From Candidatus Uhrbacteria bacterium (GTDB lineage Bacteria > Patescibacteriota > Patescibacteriia > UBA9934 > UBA10169): a stretch of DNA of 64,000 bases. Below are positions 1-9,285 of the stretch, one piece after another. The position numbers were made by a program, and so were the translations under genes. The stretch spans positions 27,912-91,911 of the forward strand of contig JACPJO010000002.1 of the NCBI GenBank assembly GCA_016187485.1, written 5' to 3'. How positions within the stretch are numbered: the stretch's first letter is position 1; the number at the start of each line of letters is the position of its first letter. The notes beneath the pieces are model-generated. The model was not told the DNA's origin. It worked only from the letters and a program-made list of their open reading frames with translations, and did no database searches.

Positions 1-92
1 ATCAAGTGATAGGTATTGAACAGACAGACAAGGAGAAAGAAAAACAGGAAGACTCCAAAGGGAATGAGCACGTACCAGAGAGGGAATGTCAT
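1..92 (-). CDS. Partial membrane protein (N-terminus only, runs off left edge)
   Basis: ATG at 92 overlaps the ruvB stop (ATGA); reads [30 protein letters not shown]..., hydrophobic and open to the window edge. Confidence 0.6.
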   Translation of the reverse strand, partial: MTFPLWYVLIPFGVFLFFFLLVCLFNTYHL

Positions 93-1129
93 AAGAGGGA
101 GGGGGAAACTGCGGGACAGGGAAGACCGAGATGTTCGTACGCTCGAGGGGTGGCTTTGCGGCCGCGTGCGGAGCGTTCCAGGAATCCAAGCTGGAGTAAA
201 AATGGTTCATGTACGTCTTCAAGTGTGTCCGTTTCTTCTTGAGTGGCGGCAGCGAGAGTGGAAAGACCCACAGGGCCGCCGCCGAACTTCTCCACGAGCG
301 TATGTAAAATGTGCCGGTCTGCGGCGTCCAGGCCAAGTGGATCAATCGCGAGCATCTCGAGCGCTGCAAGCGCGCTCTCTGCCGTGACGGTGCCGCTTCC
401 GCGGACTTCGGCAAAGTCGCGTGCGCGCTTCAGCAGACGATTTGCGACGCGCGGGGTGCGGCGTGCGCGTGATGCAATGACCGATGCCGCCTCGTGTTCC
501 ATAGGGATGCTCATTTTCGCTGCGCTTTGGTGCACGATGCGCTCAAGCTCTGCCGGAGTGTAAAAGTTGAGGTGATAGGTGGCGCCGAAACGATCACGCA
601 TGGGGCTTGAAAGCAAGGAGAGGCGCGTGGTGGCGCCGATAAGCGTGAACGGCTCAAGGTTCAACCGGAGAGTGCGCGCCGTCGGTCCCTTTCCCACCAC
701 GAGATCAAGCACAAAATCTTCCATTGCGGGGTAGAGGACTTCTTCGATCATTTTGTTAAGGCGGTGGATTTCGTCAATGAAAAGGATGTCGCCCGGACCG
801 AGATTGGAAAGGATAGCAGCCAAATCGCCCACGCGCTCAAGCGCTGGCCCGCTTGTAATGCGGATGTTGGCGCCCATTTCTCTCGCAAGGACGTGGGCGA
901 GGGTCGTTTTTCCTAATCCAGGATTGCCGTAGAGAAGCACGTGCTCCAGAGGCTCTTGCCGTGCCTTCGCCGCTTCAAGGAAGATATGCAGATTTTCCTT
1001 CAGCTCTTCTTGTCCAACGAACTCTTCAAGGGTCTCTGGACGCAAACGCATTTCAAACGACCGCTCCTCGTTATTTGTATTTTGTGGAGTGACTGGAGAG
1101 GCGAGTTGTTCTTCTGTCCGCTCGAGCAT
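89..1129 (-). CDS. ruvB: Holliday junction branch migration helicase RuvB
   Basis: [12 protein letters not shown], Walker [42 protein letters not shown]. Confidence 0.98.
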   Translation of the reverse strand: MLERTEEQLASPVTPQNTNNEERSFEMRLRPETLEEFVGQEELKENLHIFLEAAKARQEPLEHVLLYGNPGLGKTTLAHVLAREMGANIRITSGPALERVGDLAAILSNLGPGDILFIDEIHRLNKMIEEVLYPAMEDFVLDLVVGKGPTARTLRLNLEPFTLIGATTRLSLLSSPMRDRFGATYHLNFYTPAELERIVHQSAAKMSIPMEHEAASVIASRARRTPRVANRLLKRARDFAEVRGSGTVTAESALAALEMLAIDPLGLDAADRHILHTLVEKFGGGPVGLSTLAAATQEETDTLEDVHEPFLLQLGFLERSARGRKATPRAYEHLGLPCPAVSPSLL

Positions 1130-1178
1130 AGTGTGGCCATTTTCCCAGCTCCTGTGATGTACGTCAATTTCAATACTG

Positions 1179-1263
1179 TGGTGCTACGGGAGGGATTCGA
1201 ACCCTCAATCCTTGCGGCAAGGGAGTTTAAGTCCCTCGTGTATACCAATTCCACCACCGTAGC
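1179..1263 (-). tRNA. tRNA-Leu(TAA)
   Basis: Cloverleaf GCTACGG...CCGTAGC-ACCA, anticodon loop CTTAAAC, long variable arm. Confidence 0.96.
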
Positions 1264-1352
1264 ATGTAAAAGGCCACAAAAGCGTACCGTGGAAAAGTTG
1301 AACTGTCCACTCTTGCGAGTCGTGGCCTCGCGTGTTATATTCGTCTCGTTTT

Positions 1353-1427
<75 letters not shown>

Positions 1428-1451
1428 TCTCGTTTTCACATGTTCCTCGAT

Positions 1452-1481
1452 CAAAAAGACTCCATGGCTGGAGTCTTTTTG
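1452..1481. terminator. Bidirectional intrinsic terminator
   Basis: CAAAAAGACTCCA-TGGC-TGGAGTCTTTTTG hairpin between convergent transcription units. Confidence 0.8.
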
Positions 1482-1501
1482 CGTTTCGGGTTTTTTGCGG
1501 A

Positions 1502-1633
1502 CTATGGCCTGCTGATAGCCTGTAGTTCACTCACGGCTTGCGGTTCAACCTCGAGGGTATTGGCCAGCGATTGGAAAGCGATCGTGATCTCCTTGTACCA
1601 CTTTGCTCCAGAATAGTCTTTCTTAGTTTCCAT
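1502..1633 (-). CDS. Small hypothetical protein (43 aa), possibly truncated
   Basis: METKKDYSGAKWYKEITIAFQSLANTLEVEPQAVSELQAISRP; ATG overlaps the end of the upstream gene; below the ORF-track cutoff. Confidence 0.45.
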   Translation of the reverse strand: METKKDYSGAKWYKEITIAFQSLANTLEVEPQAVSELQAISRP

Positions 1634-3710
1634 ACGATGTTTGGAGAGTAAGGTGTTTTAATCTACGCGAACGGAGAAACCAACCGAGGAGAAGAAGCAT
1701 GCCGAAGGTAAAGACGGCAAAACTCCACAGCCATCGTGGCGGTTCACGCACGGCCAAGACGAGGCCCGAAGCGGCTGGTTCCTCTGCGGGTTGTTCCAGG
1801 ACGATGTCCTCTTGTGTACGTGGCAAGAGCTGGCGTGTCCCGTTTGAGAGGACGAGAATCCCTGTAATGGTGACCTTTTCGCCGGGGCTCAACGAGGTGA
1901 AGTTTATGCCGGTGGGACGTTTCGCCGAGACGATTAGCTCATGTGTTCCTTCTTGCAGACGCACGCGTTCCGAGGCGGCCTCGACAACTTCTCCTTCCGT
2001 TTTAAGAAGCGCGCCCACATGCTTGTCGCCGATCTCACCAAGCGGAAGCACTGTTGCCACGGGGGGCTCTTCGTGTCCGAGAATGGTGATGTGCTCGCGC
2101 GCACTCACCTTGAATCGTTTCTGTCCGTAGGCCTCGCCAAAAGTTCCTTGCATCCGCACACGGTCGCCGAGCGCAAGCTCTGGAAAGTCTGCTTTCTGCA
2201 TGTAGACCTGTGTATCCGGGTTTTGCACATAGAATTGTTGCGTGGAGAATGCCCCGGGCAGAGCGGACACAATCGCTTCGATGATCTCCGTGCGCGATGT
2301 CGAACTTTTCTTTACCTTTACTGAAGATGCGACGGCTATTTCTGGCGTATCGGGAGTGGGGGTGAGAGAGACGGGGGGAATCTCAAGAGGAGGGGGGCTT
2401 GGAGCCTCTCCGGACGGAGCGAGTGCCGCCATTTGCCCTTGCCACCGCCACGTCTCACCCTCTTTGCGGTAGCGGCCACCCTTTGGCGCATCTTTATAGG
2501 TCACGGAGTCAATGGGTATGCCGTTTGGGTGTACAAGAGTGATCGTGTCCGTGTCGTTGTTGAGGGTGATCTTGGTGAGGGGACGCGGAAGCTGCACTTC
2601 TGCATGTGCGGCAACTACGTGTGTACCCTCCGCTTTCCATACTTTGCCTCCTGCGTCTGCAAGCGACCAGCCGTAAAGCTCTGCTGGTGCATCTCCCGTA
2701 TTCACGATGGTGACGTATTCTTCTTCCTCGTCGGCGCCGTGTGGACGGGGATAGAGTTCTCCAAGACGCAGAGTAACGGCGAGGGGCGTCTCGGGGATGC
2801 TGGCTTGTGTAAGGCTAATCTCGGAGGGGGGAGGGGGCGATCCAGTAATTTCTGGAATCACAAGCGCAGGAGTTGAGGCGACCTCTGGTTCGCGCGGGGG
2901 TGGCGGGGGAGGGAATGTATTTGGAAGGCGCGGGCTTGCCGCGCTTGTTTTCTTCCACCCATCGACGCTCCATCCGGCCGTCTCGCCTTTTTGGAATGTG
3001 CCGCTGTACGCAGCGCTATCAATCACATCGCCGTTTGCGGCGTGAAGGACGACGCGGTCGCCAGAATTGTTGAGGATGCTGCCGGGCACCTCGACGAGTG
3101 CATACTGGTCAAAGCCGACCATGACATCGGGAAACTCCACGCGCTTATTACTGGCGTCGGTCAGATACATTCCTCGCGTGAGGATAAGATTGTTGTAAGG
3201 ATTGTAGATCTCCACCCACTCGGTTTCTCCTTCAATAGGGTTGGGAAGAATCTCGTTTATGCGCAGCGACCCCGGAGCGACGAGGAGCGGCGGCTCTTCT
3301 GCGGAAACGGTTGTCTGCATCTCTGTCGAGGCGGGCGCCCCTAGGGGATCAGGTGCGGCGGGAGAGTCATCGCTTCGAGGAAGAGGGTCCGCGACGGGTA
3401 TCTCGACAGCAGATCCGGAGGAGTCCGCAGGAGGTGAAGGATCCATTGGTAACGCCGCAACTGCGGGGAGGGTGATGATCGTGGCATCGGGCGTTTGCGT
3501 GTAGCGTGTGGGGCCATAGAGTTGTTCAATAAGACGAATAAGTGTCGTGGGGTCGAGTGTCCCTTCCGGAATTGTTATTTCCACGCTGGTGGTTTGTCGG
3601 ATGATCACCGGACGTTCTGGTGCGATTTCCGCATGTGCAGGAAAGGCGACAAATGTCGCCGCAGCCGAGAGGGCACACCCAACCAACCGTGCAAAGTGAC
3701 GTAAGAACAT
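1623..3710 (-). CDS. Secreted, C-terminally membrane-anchored protein with two lamin-tail domains and OB-fold domains
   Basis: Signal peptide ending PAHA; LRINEILPNP..EWVEIYNP and LRLGELYPRP..EEYVTIVN lamin-tail motifs; LGDRVRMQG and GEKVTITG OB-like motifs; C-terminal TM plus basic tail. Confidence 0.8.
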   Translation of the reverse strand: MFLRHFARLVGCALSAAATFVAFPAHAEIAPERPVIIRQTTSVEITIPEGTLDPTTLIRLIEQLYGPTRYTQTPDATIITLPAVAALPMDPSPPADSSGSAVEIPVADPLPRSDDSPAAPDPLGAPASTEMQTTVSAEEPPLLVAPGSLRINEILPNPIEGETEWVEIYNPYNNLILTRGMYLTDASNKRVEFPDVMVGFDQYALVEVPGSILNNSGDRVVLHAANGDVIDSAAYSGTFQKGETAGWSVDGWKKTSAASPRLPNTFPPPPPPREPEVASTPALVIPEITGSPPPPSEISLTQASIPETPLAVTLRLGELYPRPHGADEEEEYVTIVNTGDAPAELYGWSLADAGGKVWKAEGTHVVAAHAEVQLPRPLTKITLNNDTDTITLVHPNGIPIDSVTYKDAPKGGRYRKEGETWRWQGQMAALAPSGEAPSPPPLEIPPVSLTPTPDTPEIAVASSVKVKKSSTSRTEIIEAIVSALPGAFSTQQFYVQNPDTQVYMQKADFPELALGDRVRMQGTFGEAYGQKRFKVSAREHITILGHEEPPVATVLPLGEIGDKHVGALLKTEGEVVEAASERVRLQEGTHELIVSAKRPTGINFTSLSPGEKVTITGILVLSNGTRQLLPRTQEDIVLEQPAEEPAASGLVLAVREPPRWLWSFAVFTFGMLLLLGWFLRSRRLKHLTLQTSYGN

Positions 3711-3837
3711 AGGAATAAGTTTATGGCGCGCCAAACAAAATATCTCCCCAACGAGGGAGATATTTGTTATGATCATTCCACCACAAATTGAGAAAAAAGT
3801 CAATGACTGTTAGGATGCTTTTTGTGCATAACTTTTA

Positions 3838-3922
3838 GCCGAGGTGGCGAAATTGGTAGACGCGCCAGCCTTAGGAGCTGGTGGGGCAACCCGTGGGGGT
3901 TCGAATCCTCTCCTCGGCACCA
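3838..3922 (+). tRNA. tRNA-Leu(TAG)
   Basis: GCCGAGG...CCTCGGC-ACCA, anticodon loop CTTAGGA, long variable arm. Confidence 0.96.
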
Positions 3923-3955
3923 CAAATCACCTTCGTGATTAAAATTCTTCTCTCT

Positions 3956-4318
3956 ATGCATGAAGGACTACATCGTCCCGTTGAGGTAAAAGTAACCTTA
4001 CCCACAGAACTCGAGCTCACCAACCGGATCGGAGCCGCTGTTTCCGATCTCAATAAGCGTGTGAAAAACCGCGAGCGCATCACGGTACGTGCGCGTCTCT
4101 ACACAGAAGTCCTGCCGGAACTTCAAAGGCTTCTTGAAGAGCAGGAAGCTCCTATGGGGGACCCGGAGTTGGCTGAAAAAATTCGTCCGCTTGTGATGGA
4201 GGCCGGGAAGACACTCACAAAAAGCGTGCGGACCCAAGTTGAAGAGTCCCTGCTTGATGCGTTGCGGGCATTTAGAGTGGAGTTTATTACTCCGCCAAGT
4301 CAAGAAGAGGCAGCGTAG
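3956..4318 (+). CDS. Hypothetical helical protein
   Basis: ORF with ATG 10 nt after TAAAAT; no motif recognised. Confidence 0.65.
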   Translation: MHEGLHRPVEVKVTLPTELELTNRIGAAVSDLNKRVKNRERITVRARLYTEVLPELQRLLEEQEAPMGDPELAEKIRPLVMEAGKTLTKSVRTQVEESLLDALRAFRVEFITPPSQEEAA

Positions 4319-4361
4319 AGTGATTGTCACCACGGGAGCTTCCTGATAGGATCGGGCCATT

Positions 4362-4958
4362 ATGCGCGTCACTCTCGTTCATGGCATGAATGCCACTCCC
4401 GCATCGAATTTTCACCCGTGGCTCAAGCGCGAGCTTGAGGCCCGCGGGTTTAGCGTACGGGTTCCCGAACTTCCTCTGCACTCCGGCGAGCCGCTCGAGA
4501 TCCTTCCGCTCATGGAGATTCTGCACGAGAAGATCGGTATGTTGGACCACGAAGATATTTTGCTTGGGCACTCGCTTGGTGCGGTGCTCGCTCTTCGGTA
4601 CTTGGAATATGTGGAACTGAAAGGTCGGCCGCGCGCGTGCATTCTTGTGGGGGCGCCCTGGCAGGTAAAGACGCCAGAACTTCAAACACTTTTCATGACA
4701 GATCTGGACTTTGACGTCGTGCCGTGGAAGGCCTCGGAATTCTTTGTCGTCCATTCGCCCGATGACAACCTTGTGCCGTTCGATCACGCGAAGAAGTGGG
4801 CAGAGGCATTGAAAGCGCAGCTCGTGGACGCGAACGGTAACGGACACTACATGGACACAGAGTACCCGGTGCTCCTCGATCTTATTTCTGATGTCGCGAA
4901 GCAGGCGCTCGAATTTGCGCCAGGGCAGAGCCTTCCCGACGAACTTGCCGGACTCTAG
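4362..4958 (+). CDS. RBBP9/YdeN-family alpha/beta hydrolase
   Basis: LVHG, FHPWLKREL, GHSLG nucleophile elbow, HSPDDNLVPF, GH catalytic His. Confidence 0.9.
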   Translation: MRVTLVHGMNATPASNFHPWLKRELEARGFSVRVPELPLHSGEPLEILPLMEILHEKIGMLDHEDILLGHSLGAVLALRYLEYVELKGRPRACILVGAPWQVKTPELQTLFMTDLDFDVVPWKASEFFVVHSPDDNLVPFDHAKKWAEALKAQLVDANGNGHYMDTEYPVLLDLISDVAKQALEFAPGQSLPDELAGL

Positions 4959-5052
4959 GCCCGTTTTTTAAGGATTTCCTTCATAAAATGAGCTTGACTT
5001 TCGCATAGACTGGTTGTGGAAAGGTTGAGGATAGAAAGCGGCGAGGAGGCTA

Positions 5053-5081
5053 TTGACAGGGAGAAGGGCCTACGATAAGAT
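5053..5081 (+). promoter_or_regulatory. Sigma70 promoter for the 23S-5S unit
   Basis: TTGACA-17 nt-TAAGAT; boxA-like GAACCTTCACAATTT at about 5322-5336. Confidence 0.75.
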
Positions 5082-7674
5082 ACCTCCGCTTTATACACGG
5101 CTTCTGTGTCCCCGGAACGTGGAGATGAGATGGAGGGACGGAGGGAAGCGCGTGGTGAACCCAACATGAACTACATCGTAGAACAATCGTTGCGGAAACA
5201 TCACACGCCATAAACCCCCTCTTAGGGTGCGTCTGATGTTCCCGCGATTCGCGGGAATTTTGTTTCACTACAGAGCATTGCTCCGGGCATCGAATCAGTG
5301 CTCTGGCGTGAAGGCCAGACGGAACCTTCACAATTTACACACCAATACAAACAATGTCGCACGCAGAAATGCGTGTGGCGATGGCATGGAAAAAGCCTCA
5401 ACTACAAGGCATGGGGAGTCAGCGTCGGAGTCGTACTTTTTGTACGACGACGAGCTGACGGGGCCCCATAACGCCGTAGATGAGGAATTTTTACATGCCA
5501 GATCTATACAGATAGTGGGTGAAGAGCATAAGGGCAGATGGTGGATGGCTCGACCATAGACGCCGATGAAGGACGTAGCAGCCTGCGATAAGCTTCGGGG
5601 AGGTGGCAAGCAACCTTTGATCCGGAGATCTCCGAATGGGGAAACCCGGTCTGAAGAAGTCAGATCATCCAACACTGAATACATAGGTGTTGGGAGGTTA
5701 CCTGGTGAAGTGAAACATCTCAGTAGCCAGAGGAAAAGAAAAAGATAGCTCGTTGTGTATACGAAGGTTCTCCATTGGGAGCTTTCGTATACAACAACGA
5801 GAACATTCCCCTAGTAGTGGCGAGCGAACGGGGAACAGTCTAAACTTCGTGGATGAAGCGTTGAACAAAGTGGGTATCATTGATATTCATCCGTTTGGCG
5901 TGAAAGGCAAGGGCCGTTGTCCACGGAGGGTTGCAAGATGCGCGCGCGTCTTTCCCTTGAAAGGCGACATGATCGTTGTGTTATAGGAGAATCTGCTGGA
6001 ACGCAGAACCAAAGAGGGCGAACGTCCCGTATCCAAAATATCAACACGACGTGTGGTGCGCATTCTTAAGTACCACGAGACACGAGAAATCTTGTGGGAA
6101 CCTAGCGCGACTATGTGCTAAGACTAAATACGTCTATGGATCGATAGTGAACAAGTACCGCGAGGGAAAGCTGAAAAGAACCCCGGAAGGGGAATGAAAT
6201 AGTTTCTGAAACCATCTGCTTACAAGGAATCGGAGTCCCTCCGTAGCCGCAAGGTGAAGAGGGATGACGGTGTTCCTATTGAAGAATGAGCCAACGAGTG
6301 TGCTGCATGTCGCCGGTTAAGTCCTCCGGGATGAAGCCAGAGTGAAAGCAAGCATTAACGTGCGTCTCTAGCAATGTTCAAGGATGAGTTTCTCATTCTT
6401 GAACATGGCTAGAAGGTGGCATGCACACGACCCGAAACCGGGTGACCTAACCATGACCAGGGTGAAGTCCCGCGAAAGCGGGATGGAGGCCCGAACTCAC
6501 GTGCTGTGCAAAACACGGAGACGAGTTGTGGTTAGCGGAGAAATTCCAATCGAACTCGGTAATAGCTGGTTCTCTCCGAGATAGCTTTAGGGCTAGCGTC
6601 GGTTACAGTCTGTTGGGGGTAGAGCACTGAATGGGACAACCGCCTTCGGGTAGGTGTCCTAACCAAACTCCGAATACCAGCAGATGATCCCGGCAGTCAG
6701 ACGATGGGGGCGAAGCTCCATACGTCGAAAGGGAAACAGCCCAGATCTCAAACTAAGGTCCCAAAATCATCGTTAAGTGTAAAAGGTGGTGAGAAGACTT
6801 ATACAGTCAGGAGGTTGGCTTAGAAGCAGCCATCCTTTAAAGAAAGCGTAACAGCTCACTGATCAAGTTTTCTTGCGCCAAAAATGAATCGGGGCTAAAC
6901 GGTGTACCGAAGTTGAGGATGTCCCGCCTTTGGCGGGACGTGGTAGGAGAGCATTCGTGTCAGCGCTGAAGCCATACTGCGAGGTGTGGTGGAGCGGCAC
7001 GAAGAGAGAATGTTGGCATAAGTAGCAAAAAGACGGGTGAGAACCCCGTCCGCCGCAAACCCAAGGTTTCCACAGCTACGCAAATCGTCTGTGGGTGAGT
7101 CGGGAGCTAAGGCGAGCCCGAAAGGGGTAGTCGATGCACAGCTGGTTAATATTCCAGCACTTCGTTTACGTTCTGATGGGGGGACGTTCCGTGTACCTTC
7201 CTGCGTCCTATGGCTATGACGTCAGGAACTCTGGAGTGGCTTGTAGGAAAATCCGCAAGCCGCAAGCTCCGGGGTTGTCGCAATCTCGGGTTACACCGAG
7301 GGAGAGGAGGGGAAGCGGAACCAAGAAAAGCCTCTAGGGTTAACGTAAACGAACCCGTACCGGAAACCGACACAGGTGGGTGGGCATGAATGTGCCAAGG
7401 CGTACGAGAGAATGATCGTTAAGGAACTAGGCAAAAAAGCGGCCGTAACTTCGGGATAAGGCCTGGTTGCTCCCGGGAGGGAGCGACCCGCAGCGAAAGA
7501 CGTCAAGCGACTGTTTACCAAAAACACAGGTCCCTGCAAAACCGTAAGGTGAAGTATAGGGGCTGATGCCTGGCCAGTGTCCGAACGTTAAGGAAGGGGG
7601 TCATGCCCGCAAGGGCGGCAGCCTTCGACTGAAGCGCGGATGAACGCCGGCGATAACTATAATCGTCCTAAGGT

Positions 7675-7929
7675 TTTCCGTATTTTGGCTAAATTTAGCG
7701 AAAGTACGGAGAAGGACTGGGACGATTACGGTGAGTGGGTAAACAAATGAAGTGCTGCCTCACTCTACAGTAATGTAGAGTTGGTCCAAACATGGCTATT
7801 TGCTGGGAACCAGTTGCCAACTGGGATCAGCAGGGAAGTCCTCCGTGGCGGGGACCCCTCAGAGACTAAACGCCGTGCCCCTGGTGCAATCAGGGTGAAG
7901 ATATAGTCCTCCGTCCAAAGGAAACGGAA
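7675..7929 (+). mobile_element. Group I intron at L1931 (E. coli numbering), ORF-less, terminal nucleotide A
   Basis: Splits CCTAAGGT|AGCGAAATTCC; core elements TGCTGGGAA, ATCAGCAGG, CAGAGACTAAA, AAGATATAGTCC; IGS TGCTGCCT at 7753-7760. Confidence 0.88.
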
Positions 7930-7949
7930 AGCGAAATTCCTTGTCGGGT

Positions 7950-8655
7950 GAACCATGTTCCTCTGTGGTCGGAGAGAACTTGCCCGAGTATCGTGGTAAC
8001 ATGATACAAGCAATCCAGCTCATAACGGGGAATCCTCAATGAGGAAATCCCGTGGGAAGCCCCGCTAAAGGTGGGGCCCCGTAACGACTGACCCGAAAGG
8101 GGAGGTTCCGCAGGTGCGGGACAACACGCTGGCTCTTCCTGATAAGACCAACCTATGGAGATTAATCCATGGTATGTATCTGGATTCGTCGATGGTGAAG
8201 GGAGCTTTCTCGTTTCCTTTTCTGTTCGTCAAAAGATGACGATGGGAATTGAAGCGAGGCCAAGTTTCACCATCAGCCAACACAAGAGAAGTATAAATGT
8301 GCTAGAGCACATCAAGACATACTTCGGGTGTGGCACGATCCGTTACAACATCCATGATGATACATACAAATATGAAGTGAGAAGTCTGGGAGATCTTCTT
8401 TGGAAGATTATTCCGCACTTCGAGCAGTATCCTCTCAGAACGTTGAAGCAGAAAGACTTTGAAACGTTTCGAGATATTTGTTACCTCATGCACACGCAAC
8501 ACCATCGATGTTCGTCTGGTATTAGACAGATCATTGATGTCGCCTATCAAATGAACAATTTTGGGGCGAGGCGTTATACGAAAGAAGATCTCCTAAAGGT
8601 GGTGGGAAGATGAAGGTATAGTCTGAACATCATGGCAACATGATGACTAACATTG
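7950..8655 (+). mobile_element. Group I intron at L1951 carrying a homing endonuclease gene
   Basis: Splits GTCGGGT|GAGTTCCGACC; IGS GAACTTGCCCGA pairs both exons with U.G; P7 ACGACTG/TAGTCT; ends in G. Confidence 0.92.
8155..8613 (+). CDS. Single-motif LAGLIDADG homing endonuclease (intron-encoded)
   Basis: [36 protein letters not shown]. Confidence 0.95.
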   Translation: MEINPWYVSGFVDGEGSFLVSFSVRQKMTMGIEARPSFTISQHKRSINVLEHIKTYFGCGTIRYNIHDDTYKYEVRSLGDLLWKIIPHFEQYPLRTLKQKDFETFRDICYLMHTQHHRCSSGIRQIIDVAYQMNNFGARRYTKEDLLKVVGR

Positions 8656-8656
8656 G

Positions 8657-8688
<32 letters not shown>

Positions 8689-9169
8689 GACGACTGTCTC
8701 AACGATCAACTCGGCGAAATTGCAAGAGGAGTGAAGATGCTCCTTACTCGTAGTTAGACGAAAAGACCCCGTGAAGCTTTACTACAACTTGGTATTGGTT
8801 TCAGATTTCGCATGTTGAGCGTAGGTGGGAGCTTCGGCGCCAATGAGACACCACCCTTGCGTTATTTGAAGTCTAACTTCGGACCGTGAATCCGGTTCGA
8901 AGGACAGTATCTGGTGGGTAGTTTGACTGGGGCGGTAGCCTCCCAAAAAGTAACGGAGGCGTTTACAAAGGTTGGCTTAGCGCGGATGGAAATCGCGCTG
9001 AAAGGGCAAACCCACAAGCCAGCTTTACTGCAAGACTGACACGTCGCGCAGTCGCGAAAGCGGAAGTTAGTGATCCGACCGTACGACATAGGACGGCGGA
9101 AGCTCAACGGATAAAAGCTACTCCGGGGATAACAGGCTGATCAGGCCCAAGCGTCCACAGCGACGGCCT

Positions 9170-9210
<41 letters not shown>

Positions 9211-9241
9211 AAGAAGCTCCCAAGGGTTTGGCTGTTCGCCA

Positions 9242-9285
<44 letters not shown>

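Noticed and set aside
7670-7931. Alternative boundaries for intron 1 (L1926 start, or G7927/G7931 as omega-G)
   Set aside because: Each would change or delete universally conserved 23S bases; the IGS at 7753-7760 fits only the L1931 junction
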